Shown here one piece after another: positions 7,324-18,716 of a DNA stretch of 64,000 nucleotides. The DNA comes from an uncultured Acidobacteriota bacterium. GTDB lineage: Bacteria; Acidobacteriota; Vicinamibacteria; Vicinamibacterales; Fen-181. The notes beneath the pieces are model-generated. The model worked only from the letters and a program-made list of their open reading frames with translations, ran no database searches and was not told the DNA's origin. The stretch is taken from positions 64,346 to 128,345 of the forward strand of contig CAVSGZ010000010.1 of the NCBI GenBank assembly GCA_963727765.1. Direction: 5' to 3'. The translations under genes were made by a program, and so were the position numbers. The stretch's first letter is position 1. Each line of letters begins with the position of its first letter.

Positions 7324-9336
7324 TCACGCCGCCGTCACCGCGTCGAAGTGGCACACGTCGACGCACGTGCCACACGCCACGCACCGCTCGGGAATCACGT
7401 GGTGCGGGCTCTTGAGCGTGCCGACGATCGCCTCCGACGGGCAGTTCTTCACGCACACGGCGCAGCCGGTGCACTTGTCCTGGTCGATCGAATAGGTCAA
7501 CAGCTCGCCGCACGCCTTGGCCGGGCACCGCCGGTCGTAGACGTGCGCCTCGTACTCGTCGCGGAACCAGCGCAGCGTGCTGAGCACGGGGTTGGGCGCC
7601 GACTGGCCGAGGCCGCACAGGCTCGTGTCCTGGATGACCCGGGCCAGGTGCTCGAGGCTCATCACGCTCCGGAACCGCTCCAGCGCGTCGAAGTCCTTCT
7701 CGTTTCGGCGGCTCCGCGTGAGGCTCTCCAGGATCTCGAGCATCCGGCGCGTCCCCTCGCGGCACGGGATGCACTTGCCGCAGCTCTCACGCTGGATGAA
7801 GTCCATGAAGAACTTGGCGACGTCCACCATGCACGTCGTCTCGTCCATCACGACCAGGCCGCCCGAGCCCATCATGGCGCCGACGCGCTTGAGCGACTCG
7901 TAGTCGATGTCGATGTCGAGGTGGCTGGCCGGGATGCAGCCGCCCGACGGCCCGCCGATCTGCACGGCCTTGTAGGCCTTGCCGCCGGGGATGCCGCCGC
8001 CGATGTCGAACACGATCTGCCGGAGCGTCGTGCCCATCGCGACCTCGACCAGCCCGGTGCGGGCCACCTTGCCCGAGAGGGCGAACACCTTGGTGCCCTT
8101 GCTGGTCGGCGTGCCAATCCGCGAGAAGAACTCGTCGCCGCGGACGACGATCGTGGGGACGTTGGCGAGCGTCTCCACGTTGTTGATGACTGTCGGCTTG
8201 CCGAACAGGCCGCGCACGGCCGGAAACGGCGGCCTCGGCCGGGGCATCCCGCGGCGCCCCTCGATGCTGTGCAAGAGCGCCGTCTCCTCGCCGCACACAA
8301 ACGCCCCGGCGCCCTGCTTGAGCGCCACCTCGAGATCGAAACCCGAGTCAAGGATGTTCGGACCGAGCAGGCCGAACGCCCGAGACTGGCCGATCGCGTG
8401 CTGCAAGCGCGCTATGGCCAGCGGGTACTCGGCGCGGATGTAGACGTAGGCCTTCGTCGCGCCGATCCCGTACGCTGCAATCGCGAGACCCTCGAGCAGC
8501 CGGTAGGGGTCGCCCTCGATCACCGCCCGGTCCATGAACGCGCCCGGGTCCCCCTCGTCGGCGTTGCAGACCATGTACTTCTGATCCGCCGACTCCTTGT
8601 GGGCGATCGTCCACTTGGTCCCGGTCCTGAACCCGCCGCCTCCTCGACCCCTCAGGCCGCTCTGTTCCACGACTCCGCAGACCTCGGCCGGCGTTTGCTC
8701 GCGCAGCGCCTTGGCCAGGCCGGTGTAGCCGCCGCGCGCCAGGTACTCGTCGAGGCTCGCCGGATCGACGAGTCCACAGTTGGCGAGCACCAGCCGCTTC
8801 TGTGGCGCAAAGAAGGGATGCTCGTCGAGAAACGGCACATCCTCCCAGCACGTCGTCCCGTCCTGGCGGAACTGCCCGAGCGGGGAGACCGGCCACGTCT
8901 TCGCACCGCCGAACACGGCATCGAGCAGGCCCGGGACCAGCGTCTCGGTGACACGCGGAAAGCTCAGGCGCGGGCGGCCGGGCAGCTGCACGTCGACGAG
9001 CGGCTCCTCGACGCACAAGCCGATGCAGCCGACCTCGACGACCTCAGCCCGGAGGTCGGCGTGCTGGTCCAGGTAGCGGCGGACCGCGGCGCGCGTGCGG
9101 CCTGCGCCGGCGCCGAGGCCGCAGGTGCCGGTGCCGATGAAGACGATTGGGCGCTCGAGCCCCTCGCGGAGAGCTCGCGCGCGGACAGCCTGGCGCCTGG
9201 CGCGGCAGGCGTCGCTCTCGTGGCAGAGCGGACCGTTCGAGAGGCACTCAATGAGCTGGGGGCAGGGACGCGACGGCGCGTGCCAGCATTCCGGGCAGCA
9301 CGGTCCGAACGTGAACGGCGAAGGTGAGGCGGTCAT
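7324..9336 (-). CDS. hydB: NuoF-like flavoprotein subunit HydB of HydABC-type hydrogenase (FMN/NAD(H) site, Fe-S domains)
   Basis: GGGFRTGTKW and ESCGKCIPCREG match the NuoF core. There is a thioredoxin-like 2Fe-2S region and a C-terminal 2x CxxCxxCxxxC. The start overlaps the hydC stop (ATGA). Confidence 0.9.
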   Translation of the reverse strand: MTASPSPFTFGPCCPECWHAPSRPCPQLIECLSNGPLCHESDACRARRQAVRARALREGLERPIVFIGTGTCGLGAGAGRTRAAVRRYLDQHADLRAEVVEVGCIGLCVEEPLVDVQLPGRPRLSFPRVTETLVPGLLDAVFGGAKTWPVSPLGQFRQDGTTCWEDVPFLDEHPFFAPQKRLVLANCGLVDPASLDEYLARGGYTGLAKALREQTPAEVCGVVEQSGLRGRGGGGFRTGTKWTIAHKESADQKYMVCNADEGDPGAFMDRAVIEGDPYRLLEGLAIAAYGIGATKAYVYIRAEYPLAIARLQHAIGQSRAFGLLGPNILDSGFDLEVALKQGAGAFVCGEETALLHSIEGRRGMPRPRPPFPAVRGLFGKPTVINNVETLANVPTIVVRGDEFFSRIGTPTSKGTKVFALSGKVARTGLVEVAMGTTLRQIVFDIGGGIPGGKAYKAVQIGGPSGGCIPASHLDIDIDYESLKRVGAMMGSGGLVVMDETTCMVDVAKFFMDFIQRESCGKCIPCREGTRRMLEILESLTRSRRNEKDFDALERFRSVMSLEHLARVIQDTSLCGLGQSAPNPVLSTLRWFRDEYEAHVYDRRCPAKACGELLTYSIDQDKCTGCAVCVKNCPSEAIVGTLKSPHHVIPERCVACGTCVDVCHFDAVTAA

Positions 9337-9806
9337 TTCGCGGCCGCCTCCCGGCGAATCGAACGGACGATCTTCGTCGCGCGCTCAGCCGTGGCGCCGG
9401 CGTGGAACTCGCCGTTGACCGCCATCAGCGGCGCCAGCCCGCACGCGCCGAGGCACGCGACCACCTCGAGGCTGAACAGGCTGTCGCGCGTCGTCTGACC
9501 CGGCTTGATCTGGAGCGTGCGCTGCAGCGCGTTGAGCGTCTGGAGCGAGCTCTTCACGTGGCACGCCGTGCCGCGGCACACCTGGATGTGGTAGCGGCCG
9601 AGCGGCTGGAACCGAAACTGGTTGTAGAAGGTGGCGACGCCGTACACCTTGCTGGCCGGCAGGCGCAGGTGGCGGCCGATGCGGATCACCGCGTCGCGCG
9701 ACAGGTAGCCGTGCGCCGCCTGCACCTCCTGGAGCAGCGGGATGAGCGCGTCGCGGCGCCCGGGCGGGTACTTGCAGACGATGGGTTCGAGGTCTGGTGT
9801 GATCAT
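9333..9806 (-). CDS. hydC: NuoE-like [2Fe-2S] subunit HydC
   Basis: 157 aa with the NuoE pattern CRGTACHV...CLGACGLAP. Confidence 0.85.
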   Translation of the reverse strand: MITPDLEPIVCKYPPGRRDALIPLLQEVQAAHGYLSRDAVIRIGRHLRLPASKVYGVATFYNQFRFQPLGRYHIQVCRGTACHVKSSLQTLNALQRTLQIKPGQTTRDSLFSLEVVACLGACGLAPLMAVNGEFHAGATAERATKIVRSIRREAAAK

Positions 9807-9817
9807 CGGAGTCGAGG

Positions 9818-10465
9818 TTACGGACGTTCGTGCGCGTAGTACGCGACCCGGTCGAGCGCCATCATGAGATCGACGTTCTCGACGTGAAGGCCCACGGGCA
9901 CGCGCAGCCGAACGGGAGCGAAGTTGAGCAGGCCCTTCACGCCGGCCAGCACCAGTTGGTCGCAGACAGACTGCGCCTCGGCGGCCGGCACGGCGATGAC
10001 GCCCACGTGGATCTTCTCGCGGGCGATGACCTCGGTCGTCTGGTCGGCGGGGTAGCAGCGGCAGCCGTGGAGGACGCGCCCGGTCTTCTCGGGGGCGCGG
10101 TCGAAGGCCGCGGCAAACCGGATGGGCTGGCGGTTGGCGTAGTAGGCGAGAATGGCGCGCCCGAGGTTGCCGACGCCGACCAGCGCGACCGCAGTCTCGA
10201 CCGAGCGGGCGAGGACGTCGTCGATGGCGGCGACCAGGTCTGCGATGGCGTAGCCGCGCCTGGGGCTGCCGCTGAAGCCGATCGTCATCAGGTCGCGACG
10301 GACCTGGGCGGCGGTGGTGACGGCGAGGGCGGCGAGCTGGTGCGAGAAGACCTGTCGGGCGCCGTCGGCCAGCTCTTCCTGAAGGAGCCGTCTGTAGAGG
10401 CTGAGCCGGCCGATGGTGTTGACGGGGATGGTCTGGCGCGGGCTTGAGGAGGGAGTGGATGGCAT
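9818..10465 (-). CDS. rex: Redox-sensing transcriptional repressor Rex
   Basis: Winged-helix N-terminus (TIGRLSLYRRLL) and Rossmann motif VGVGNLG. The ORF track begins at GTG 10483, but I prefer ATG 10465 (MPSTPSS...). The start remains ambiguous. Confidence 0.85.
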   Translation of the reverse strand: MPSTPSSSPRQTIPVNTIGRLSLYRRLLQEELADGARQVFSHQLAALAVTTAAQVRRDLMTIGFSGSPRRGYAIADLVAAIDDVLARSVETAVALVGVGNLGRAILAYYANRQPIRFAAAFDRAPEKTGRVLHGCRCYPADQTTEVIAREKIHVGVIAVPAAEAQSVCDQLVLAGVKGLLNFAPVRLRVPVGLHVENVDLMMALDRVAYYAHERP

Positions 10466-10506
10466 ATCTGTGAACCGCCTCACACTGTGAAACAGTTCAC
10501 AGATAT
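10464..10506. promoter_or_regulatory. Putative Rex operator upstream of the rex-hydCBA operon
   Basis: The core CTGTGAA-ACAG-TTCACAG at 10485-10502 matches the Rex box TGTGAA-N4-TTCACA. It is nested in a perfect 12-nt inverted repeat, ATATCTGTGAAC (10464-10475) and GTTCACAGATAT (10495-10506). Confidence 0.6.
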
Positions 10507-10588
10507 CCTATCGCTCAACTGATTGTGGCGTCAACCCCTCCACATGGGCAGGCCGCAAACGAGGACCCGCTGCCCGCCGACCCCTTTT

Positions 10589-10616
10589 CCCTCGTCCCTC
10601 GTCCCTGACCCCTGAA
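10589..10616. repeat. Tandem heptamers CCCTCGT CCCTCGT CCCTGAC CCCTGAA
   Basis: Read directly. It shares the string TCCCTGACCCCTGA with the array at 37570-37597 and abuts the hydG stop codon. Confidence 0.8.
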
Positions 10617-12011
10617 TCAGCAGTAGACGTCCCTTTCCCCCGCCCTAACCTTGTCCATCAGTTGGATGGCCCGCTGCCTCGGCCAGTCGTCCATCGTCTC
10701 GAGCGCCTCGGCGATGCACCGGTCGCCGATCGCCCGCGTCTCAGGTGACGCATAGTCGAGCAGGTATTCCAGGAAGGTGGACAGCCCGTTGGGGTCGCAG
10801 TGCTGCTTGATGTCGCCCGGCTTGGCCAGGTCCATGAAATCGGCGCCGGTCCGGCCCAGCCGGTAGCAGCCGGTGCAGAACGACGGGATGTAGCCGAGCG
10901 AGGCCACGTCGCGCACGACCTCGTCGAGATTGCGGTGGTCGCCCAGGCAGAACTGGCTCGCGTCGAGTCGCTCGTCCTCGGTGTAGCCGCCGGGGTTGGT
11001 CCGGCTGCCCGCCGAGATCTGCGACACGCCGAGGGCGAACGTCTCCCGGCGGATGTTCGCCGATTCGCGCGTCGACATGATGATGCCGGTGTAGGGGACC
11101 GCGAGCCGCAGGATCGCCACGAGCTTGCGGAAGTCGATGTCGCTCACCGCGTGGGGAGGATGGCTCGCCACGTCCGATCCGGTCGCCGGCTCGAGGCGCG
11201 GCACGCTGATCGTATGCGGGCCGACGCCGTGCCGCCGCTCGAGATGGCGAATGTGCTGCATCAGGGCGAGCAGCTCGAACCGCCAGTCAAAGAGGCCGAA
11301 CAGCACGCCGATGCCCACGTCGTCGATGCCGGCTTCCATCGCCCGGTCCATCGCCGTCACGCGCCAGTCGTAGTCGCGCTTCTTGCCGCCCAGGTGCACC
11401 GCCGAGTAGGTCTGGTGGTGGTAGGTCTCCTGGAACAGCTGGTAGGTGCCGATCTTGCGCGCCTTGAGTTCGCGGAACTCGTCGAGCGTCAGCGGCGCGA
11501 CGTTGGCGTTGACGCGGCGCACCTCGCCGGGGCCGTCGGTCACGCCGTAGATCGTGTCGATGCAGTCGAGGACGTAGGAGAAACCCTGGCGCGGGTACGA
11601 TTCGCCGGCCACGAGCAGCACCCGCTTGTGACCCTGGTCGATCAGGATCCGCACCTCGTGCGCGATCTCCTCTTGCGTCAGGGCGCGCCGGACGAGCGCC
11701 GCGTTTCGCGCGCGAAAAGCGCAGTAGGTGCACTCGTTGGCGCACAGGTTCGAGACGTACAGCGGAGCGAACAGCACGAGCCGGCGGCCGTAGATCGTGT
11801 CTTTCACGAACTGCGCCGCGGCGAACAGCTCGCCGAGCAGCGCCGGGTCGCTCACGTTCATCAGCACGGCGATCTCGGCGGCCTCGAGGCCGTGGAGCTC
11901 CCGCGCCTTCGCCAGCACCGCGCGGACGGCGGCGGCGTCTGCGGTCCCGGCGAGTTCGAGTGTGTGGAAGATGGCAGGTTCGTCGATGAAGGATCCGTTA
12001 GTAGATGTCAT
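10617..12011 (-). CDS. hydG: [FeFe]-hydrogenase maturase HydG (radical SAM tyrosine lyase)
   Basis: Radical-SAM CANECTYCAF and a C-terminal auxiliary-cluster region, CTGCYRLGRTGADFMD...C. The ORF-track N-terminal extension is Arg-rich, so I set the start at ATG 12011 (MTSTNGSFIDE). Confidence 0.9.
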   Translation of the reverse strand: MTSTNGSFIDEPAIFHTLELAGTADAAAVRAVLAKARELHGLEAAEIAVLMNVSDPALLGELFAAAQFVKDTIYGRRLVLFAPLYVSNLCANECTYCAFRARNAALVRRALTQEEIAHEVRILIDQGHKRVLLVAGESYPRQGFSYVLDCIDTIYGVTDGPGEVRRVNANVAPLTLDEFRELKARKIGTYQLFQETYHHQTYSAVHLGGKKRDYDWRVTAMDRAMEAGIDDVGIGVLFGLFDWRFELLALMQHIRHLERRHGVGPHTISVPRLEPATGSDVASHPPHAVSDIDFRKLVAILRLAVPYTGIIMSTRESANIRRETFALGVSQISAGSRTNPGGYTEDERLDASQFCLGDHRNLDEVVRDVASLGYIPSFCTGCYRLGRTGADFMDLAKPGDIKQHCDPNGLSTFLEYLLDYASPETRAIGDRCIAEALETMDDWPRQRAIQLMDKVRAGERDVYC

Positions 12012-12150
12012 ACCCGTCTCCCAGTATACGTCCGCCGGGGTCGGTCGCCGGTGCCCGGGAGGCGCTGAAGCCGTGTGATACCATGTGAGGTCTCGACCTC
12101 GACCTCGCGGCAGCGGCGCCGATTCCTGCTGTTCCAGGACGGGCCTCCTC

Positions 12151-14913
12151 ATGCAGACCGACATCCCGAACGCCCCAACGACCCCAGGGGCCGCCCACCG
12201 CGGCCGGCATCCGCTCGACGCGCTGTTCGCGCCGCGCACGGTGGCCCTCATCGGCGCCTCTGAGGAACCTGGCTCGACCGGGCGCGCGCTCCTGTGGAAC
12301 CTCATCAGCAGCCCGTTCGGCGGCACCGTGTACCCGGTGACGCCGGACCGGCCTCAGGTGCTGGGCATCCGGGCGTACCCGTCGATCGCCTCGCTGCCGG
12401 AGCCGATCGACCTGGCCCTCCTCGCGATGCCCGCTCCGGCCGTGCCCGACCTCGTCGAGGAATGCGCGGTCGCCGGCGTGGCGACGGCCGTCATCGTGTC
12501 CGGCGGGTTCCGCGAGACAGGGGTCGACGGCCTGGCACTCGAATACCAGATCCTCGACATCGCCCGCCGCACCGGCCTGCGCATCGTCGGCCCCAACTCG
12601 CTCGGCGTGATGAGCCCGGTCTCGGGACTCAACGCCACGAGCGCCGCCACCTCCGCCCGCACGGGCAGCATCGCCTTCATCAGCCAGAGCGGCGCGCTCT
12701 CGAACGCCGTGCTCGACTGGAGCCGCAAGATGACGGTGGGCTTCTCCCACTTCGTCTCGGTCGGATCCATGCTCGACATCGGCTGGGGCGATCTCATCGA
12801 CTACATGGGCGACGATCCCCGCACTAGGAGCATCGTCATCTACATGGAGTCGATCGGCGACGCCCGCGGCTTCCTGTCGGCGGCCCGCGAGGTGGCCTTC
12901 AGCAAGCCGATCATCGTGCTCAAGGCGGGGAGGTCGACGGCGGCGGCCCGCGCCGCCGTGTCGCACACGGGCGCGCTGACCGGCAGTGACGCGGTGCTCG
13001 ACGCGGCGTTCAGGCGAGGCGGCGTGCTGCGGGTCGGCTCGATGTCGGAGCTGTTCGACATCGCCGAGGTGCTCGGCAAGCAGCCGCGGCCGCGCGGCCC
13101 GCGGCTCGCCATCGTGACCAATGCCGGCGGGGCGGGCGTGCTGGCCACCGACGCGCTGCTCGCCAACCATGGCGAGCTGGCGACACTCTCTCCCCAGACG
13201 ATCGCGGCGCTTGACGCGGAACTCCCGCAGCACTGGAGCCACGGGAACCCGATCGACGTGCTCGACGCCGCGACGCCGGAACGGTACGTGAGGGCGGTGG
13301 AACTGGCGGCGGGCGATCCGAATGCCGACGGGCTGCTGGCCATCCTCACACCCCAGCCCTCCGCCGAGCCGACCCGCACCGCCGAACTGATGCAGCAGCG
13401 CATGGCCGGCTGCTCCAAGCCGGTCCTGGCGGCGTGGATGGGCGGCGTGGAGGTCGGGGCCGGCGGCGCGGCGCTGACGCGGGCCGGCATCCCCACGTTC
13501 GAGGACCCTGACACCGCGGCGCGCGTGTTCACGTTGATGTGGCGCCACAGCTACGTCCTGCGCGGCCTGTACGAGACGCCGTCGCTCGCGGTCGACGCCG
13601 ACGGCGCGACGCCTCGGGAGCGGGTCGAGGCGATGGTGCAGGCGGTGCGCGGCGCCGGGCGCACGCTCATGACGGAGGTCGAGTCGAAGCAGGTCCTGGC
13701 TGCCTACGGGATCCCGGTCGTCGAGACCCGGGTCGCCACCGCTGAAGACGAAGCGGTGGCCTGCGCGCGCGACATCGGCTTCCCGGTCGTCCTGAAGCTT
13801 CTCTCCGAGTCGATCACGCACAAGACCGAGGTCGGCGGCGTGCAGCTCAACCTGCAGGACGACGCCTCGGTCCGCCAGGCCTACCAGCGCATCCGCGCGG
13901 CTGTGGCGGAGAAGGCCGGCGCGGGGCACATGCGCGGCGTCACGGTGCAGCCGATGATCGCGCTCGACGGGTTCGAGCTGATCGTGGGCAGCCTCGTGGA
14001 TCCGCAGTTCGGCCCGGTCGTGATGTTCGGCTCCGGCGGCCACCTGCTCGACGTCTATGTCGACCGCGCGCTCGCGCTCCCGCCGCTCAACACGACGCTC
14101 GCGCGGCGGATGATGGAGCAGACACGGATCTTCAAGGCGCTCGGCGGCGTGCCGGGGCGCCGGCCGGTGGACTTGGCGGCGCTCGAGGGCGTGCTGGTGC
14201 GGTTCAGCCAGATGATCGTCGAGCAGCCGTGGATCCGGGAGATCGACATCAACCCGGTGCTCGCCTCCGCCGACCGGACTGTGGCGCTCGACGCGCGGAT
14301 CGTCCTGCACGGGGCCGACGTCGCGCTCGAACGGATTCCACGCCCGGCCATCCGCCCGTACCCGGCGCAGTATGTCGGCGGCTGGACACTGCGCGACGGG
14401 CGCGAGGTGACGATCCGCCCAATCCGGCCCGAGGACGAGCCGCTCATGGTCGCGTTCCACGGGCGGCTGTCGGATCGGTCGGTCTACTTCCGCTACTTCC
14501 ACCTGCTGAAGCTCAATCAGCGGGTGGCGCACGACCGGCTCACGCGGATCTGCTTCATCGACTACGAGCGCGAGATGGCGCTGGTGGCCGAGCGCCGCGA
14601 TCCCGCGTCGGGCGAGCTCCAGATCATGGGCGTCGGCCGGTTGACCAGGCTGCACGGCACCACGGAGGCCGAGATCGCCGTGCTCGTGGCTGACGAGTTC
14701 CAGCGCCAGGGGCTCGGCGGCGAGCTGATGCGCCGGGTCATCGCGGTGGCGGGCGCGGAGCGCCTGACGCGGATCCACGGCGACGCGCTCACCGAGAACG
14801 CCGAGATGATCAGGCTCGGCGAGCGACACGGCTTCACGGTGTCGGCGAGGCCTGACGATCCGCAAGTGGTGCGCCTGTCGCTCGAACTCCCGCTGGAGCC
14901 TTCCTACCCGTGA
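12151..14913 (+). CDS. Pat-like bifunctional protein: ADP-forming acyl-CoA synthetase (CoA-binding + ATP-grasp) fused to a GNAT acetyltransferase
   Basis: N-terminal CoA-binding region ([12 protein letters not shown]), succinyl-CoA-synthetase-like and ATP-grasp regions, and a C-terminal GNAT ([10 protein letters not shown]). Start set at ATG 12151. The stop overlaps the hypF GTG start (GTGA at 14910-14913). Confidence 0.8.
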   Translation: MQTDIPNAPTTPGAAHRGRHPLDALFAPRTVALIGASEEPGSTGRALLWNLISSPFGGTVYPVTPDRPQVLGIRAYPSIASLPEPIDLALLAMPAPAVPDLVEECAVAGVATAVIVSGGFRETGVDGLALEYQILDIARRTGLRIVGPNSLGVMSPVSGLNATSAATSARTGSIAFISQSGALSNAVLDWSRKMTVGFSHFVSVGSMLDIGWGDLIDYMGDDPRTRSIVIYMESIGDARGFLSAAREVAFSKPIIVLKAGRSTAAARAAVSHTGALTGSDAVLDAAFRRGGVLRVGSMSELFDIAEVLGKQPRPRGPRLAIVTNAGGAGVLATDALLANHGELATLSPQTIAALDAELPQHWSHGNPIDVLDAATPERYVRAVELAAGDPNADGLLAILTPQPSAEPTRTAELMQQRMAGCSKPVLAAWMGGVEVGAGGAALTRAGIPTFEDPDTAARVFTLMWRHSYVLRGLYETPSLAVDADGATPRERVEAMVQAVRGAGRTLMTEVESKQVLAAYGIPVVETRVATAEDEAVACARDIGFPVVLKLLSESITHKTEVGGVQLNLQDDASVRQAYQRIRAAVAEKAGAGHMRGVTVQPMIALDGFELIVGSLVDPQFGPVVMFGSGGHLLDVYVDRALALPPLNTTLARRMMEQTRIFKALGGVPGRRPVDLAALEGVLVRFSQMIVEQPWIREIDINPVLASADRTVALDARIVLHGADVALERIPRPAIRPYPAQYVGGWTLRDGREVTIRPIRPEDEPLMVAFHGRLSDRSVYFRYFHLLKLNQRVAHDRLTRICFIDYEREMALVAERRDPASGELQIMGVGRLTRLHGTTEAEIAVLVADEFQRQGLGGELMRRVIAVAGAERLTRIHGDALTENAEMIRLGERHGFTVSARPDDPQVVRLSLELPLEPSYP

Positions 14914-17246
14914 CCAGCGCCGAGACGGGACCGCAGCGCCTGCGCGTGCAGATTCGCGGAGCGGTGCAGGGAGTTGGCTTCCGGCCGTTCGTCTACCGGC
15001 TCGCCCGCGAGCTGGATCTCGCCGGCTGGGTGATCAATTCGTCGTCGGGCGTCGTCATCGAGGTCGAGGGGCCGCCCGCGACGCTCGAGCAGTTCCTGCT
15101 GCGCGTGGTCCGCGACTGCCCGCCGCGCGCCATCGTGCAGGGGACCGAGTCGGCCTATTTCGACGCGGCCGGGTTCCGCGGGTTTGAGATCCGCGAGAGT
15201 GTCGGCGGAGAGAAGACCGCGCTCGTGCTGCCCGACATCGCCACCTGCCCGAACTGCCTTCAGGACCTGGGCGACCCGACCAACCGCCGCTACCGATATC
15301 CGTTCACCAACTGCACCAACTGCGGTCCGCGTTTCTCGATCATCGAGTCGCTGCCCTACGACCGGCCGAACACGACGATGGCCGGCTTCCCGATGTGCGA
15401 GGCGTGCCGGCGCGAATACGAGGATCCGGGCGACCGCCGCTTCCACGCACAGCCCAACGCGTGCCCGGCGTGCGGGCCGCACGTCGAGCTCTGGGACGCG
15501 GATGGGCGCGTGCTCTCGACCGGCGACGAGGCGCTGCGCGCGGCCGAGGCGCGCATCACCGCCGGAAGCATCGTCGCGGTGAAAGGGCTCGGCGGGTTCC
15601 ACCTCGTCGTGGACGCGCGCGACGATACGGCCGTCCGGCGGCTGCGGCTCGCGAAGGCGAGGGAGGAGAAGCCGTTCGCGTTGATGGCTCCGTCGCTGGC
15701 CTCGATCGAGCGGCTCTGCGAATTGGGGGAGCGCGAGCGGCGCCTGCTGACCTCGCCCGAGTCGCCGATCGTGCTGCTGAAGGCGCGGTCCGCGCCCGTC
15801 GCCGATGCCGTCGCGCCGTCGGTGGCGCCGGGCAATCCGTATCTCGGCGTGATGCTGCCGTACACGCCACTGCACTACCTGCTGCTCGGCGACTTGGGCT
15901 TCCCGGTCGTGGCGACGAGCGGGAACCGCAGCGACGAGCCGATCTGCACCGACGAGCGGGAGGCACTCGAGCGGCTGCGCGGCCTGGCCGACGTGTTCCT
16001 CGTGCACAACCGGCCGATCGCCCGACACGTGGACGACTCGGTCGTGCGCCTGGCGGCCGGGCGCGAACTGGTGCTCCGCCGCGCGCGGGGCTACGCGCCG
16101 CTGCCGGTCGTGCTGGCCTCTGCCGGGCCGCCGGTGCTGGGTGTCGGGGCGCACCTCAAGAACGCGGTGGCTTTCTCGGTCGGAGCGAACGTCTTCATCA
16201 GCCAGCACGTCGGCGACCTGGAGACGGCCGAGGCATTTGGCGCGTTCGAGCGGGTTATCGGCGCGTTCGAGCGGATGTACGAGGCCGCGCCGGCGGAGGT
16301 GGCCTGCGATCTCCATCCCGATTACCTGTCCACGGGTTACGCCCGACGCCGCGGCCTGCCGGTCCGGGCGGTGCAGCACCATCTCGCGCACGTGCTGAGC
16401 TGCATGGCCGAGAACGAGATCGCGCCGCCCGTTCTTGGCGTATCGTGGGACGGAACGGGCTTTGGCCCGGACGGCACGATCTGGGGCGGCGAGTTCCTGT
16501 TGGTGACCGGGTCTGGGGTCGCACGCGTGGCCTCGTTCCGCCCGTTCCCGCTGCCGGGGGGCGATCGGGCCGTGCGCGAGCCGCGGCGCTCGGCGCTTGC
16601 GGCGCTCCAGGAGGCCTTCGGCGCCGACGCCTGGACGATGACGGACCTGCCGGCCGTGTCGGCATTCGACGAGTGGGAGCGCCAGGTCCTGCGGACGATG
16701 ATCGAACGGGGCGTGAATTCGCCGCGGACTTCCAGCGTCGGGCGGCTGTTCGACGCGGTGGCGTCGCTCGCCGGCCTGCGCCAACTGGTGCGCTACGAGG
16801 GCCAGGCGGCGATGGAACTGGAATTCGCCCTCGACGGCATCTCGGTCGAGGAGGGCTACCCGATTACGATCGGACCGACCGCGGGGCCACTGTCGGGTCA
16901 GAATGAGGAGCCGCGCGCGCTGTCGGCGCCGCCCGCGTTCGTGCTCGACTGGACGCCGCTCGTCCGCGCGGTCGTGGCCGACCTGCGGGCCGGGTGTCCT
17001 GTCGGCGTGGTTTCGGCGAAGTTCCACAACGGCCTGGCGGCGGCCGTGGTCGAGGTGGCGAAGATCGTCGCCATCGAGCGGGTAATGCTCTCGGGCGGGT
17101 GCTTCCAGAATCGGTACCTGCTCGAGCGGACGATCGACACGCTGCGCGCGGCGGGATTCAGGCCCGCGTGGCACCAGCGGGTCCCTCCCAACGACGGCGG
17201 GATCGCGCTCGGCCAGGTGGCGGCGGTCGCCTGGAATCTGGCGTGA
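14910..17246 (+). CDS. hypF: [NiFe]-hydrogenase maturation carbamoyltransferase HypF
   Basis: Acylphosphatase domain ([14 protein letters not shown]), two Zn-finger pairs (CPNC...CTNCGPRFS and CEAC...CPACGP), and YrdC and Kae1-like domains. Confidence 0.9.
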   Translation: MTSAETGPQRLRVQIRGAVQGVGFRPFVYRLARELDLAGWVINSSSGVVIEVEGPPATLEQFLLRVVRDCPPRAIVQGTESAYFDAAGFRGFEIRESVGGEKTALVLPDIATCPNCLQDLGDPTNRRYRYPFTNCTNCGPRFSIIESLPYDRPNTTMAGFPMCEACRREYEDPGDRRFHAQPNACPACGPHVELWDADGRVLSTGDEALRAAEARITAGSIVAVKGLGGFHLVVDARDDTAVRRLRLAKAREEKPFALMAPSLASIERLCELGERERRLLTSPESPIVLLKARSAPVADAVAPSVAPGNPYLGVMLPYTPLHYLLLGDLGFPVVATSGNRSDEPICTDEREALERLRGLADVFLVHNRPIARHVDDSVVRLAAGRELVLRRARGYAPLPVVLASAGPPVLGVGAHLKNAVAFSVGANVFISQHVGDLETAEAFGAFERVIGAFERMYEAAPAEVACDLHPDYLSTGYARRRGLPVRAVQHHLAHVLSCMAENEIAPPVLGVSWDGTGFGPDGTIWGGEFLLVTGSGVARVASFRPFPLPGGDRAVREPRRSALAALQEAFGADAWTMTDLPAVSAFDEWERQVLRTMIERGVNSPRTSSVGRLFDAVASLAGLRQLVRYEGQAAMELEFALDGISVEEGYPITIGPTAGPLSGQNEEPRALSAPPAFVLDWTPLVRAVVADLRAGCPVGVVSAKFHNGLAAAVVEVAKIVAIERVMLSGGCFQNRYLLERTIDTLRAAGFRPAWHQRVPPNDGGIALGQVAAVAWNLA

Positions 17247-17250
17247 GATT

Positions 17251-17336
17251 GTAGGGCGGGGCTTCAGCCCCGCCTCAGGCGGCCATATAGGGCCGCCCTA
17301 CGGCATCAGATAGCGCAGGGCTTCAGCCCTGCGCCC
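17251..17336. repeat. Cluster of three REP-like GC hairpins in the hypF-hypC spacer
   Basis: GGCGGGGC-TTCA-GCCCCGCC, then AGGCGGCC-ATATAG-GGCCGCCT, then GCGCAGGGC-TTCA-GCCCTGCGC. The last 32 nt are identical to 3085..3116. A GTAGGGCGG motif recurs at about 31255-31272 on the other strand. Confidence 0.85.
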
Positions 17337-17348
17337 AGCGGAGGCGGT

Positions 17349-17602
17349 ATGTGCCTGGCAGTGCCGGGGAAGATCGTGAGCATCTCGGGTGAGGACCCGT
17401 TCATGCGGACGGCGAACGTCAGCTTCGGCGGCGTGATCAAGGAGATCAACCTCGCCTACCTGCCCGACGTCGGGCCGGGCGACTACGTGATCGTGCATGC
17501 GGGGTTCGCCCTGAGCCAGGTGGACGAGGACGAGGCGGTCCGGATGTTCGAGGAGTTGAGCCGGCTGGCGGCGTTCTCTGAAGGCGACCCGGAGCCGACC
17601 GC

Positions 17603-17606
<4 letters not shown>
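17349..17606 (+). CDS. hypC: [NiFe]-hydrogenase maturation chaperone HypC
   Basis: 85 aa with the MCLAVPGKIV N-terminus diagnostic of HypC/HupF. The stop overlaps the hypD ATG (ATGA). Confidence 0.9.

Positions 17607-18712
<1,106 letters not shown>

Positions 18713-18716
<4 letters not shown>

Noticed and set aside
12074-12088. TGTGATACCATGTGA in the hydG/pat divergent spacer as a second Rex or CRP-type site
   Set aside because: The two TGTGA pentamers are direct repeats, not inverted, and there is no TCACA half-site. This is insufficient to call an operator.
10617-12326. N-terminal extensions in the ORF track (hydG 569 aa, nadE 932 aa, AAA ATPase 551 aa, pxpB 698 aa, pxpC 548 aa, and others)
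   Set aside because: The upstream parts are Arg/Pro-rich, overlap neighbouring genes, and precede internal ATG or GTG codons where family-typical N-termini, SD-like sequences or ATGA/GTGA couplings begin. The starts were trimmed accordingly.
11998-17174. Long minus-strand ORFs 11998..14865 (955 aa) and 14904..17174 (756 aa)
   Set aside because: They lie antisense to the Pat-like gene and to hypF, both of which have clear conserved motifs. The translations are Arg/Asp/His-rich and domain-free. The same reasoning applies to 3607..5613(+), 7294..9327(+), 25879..27366(-), 18473..19633(-) and similar track entries.
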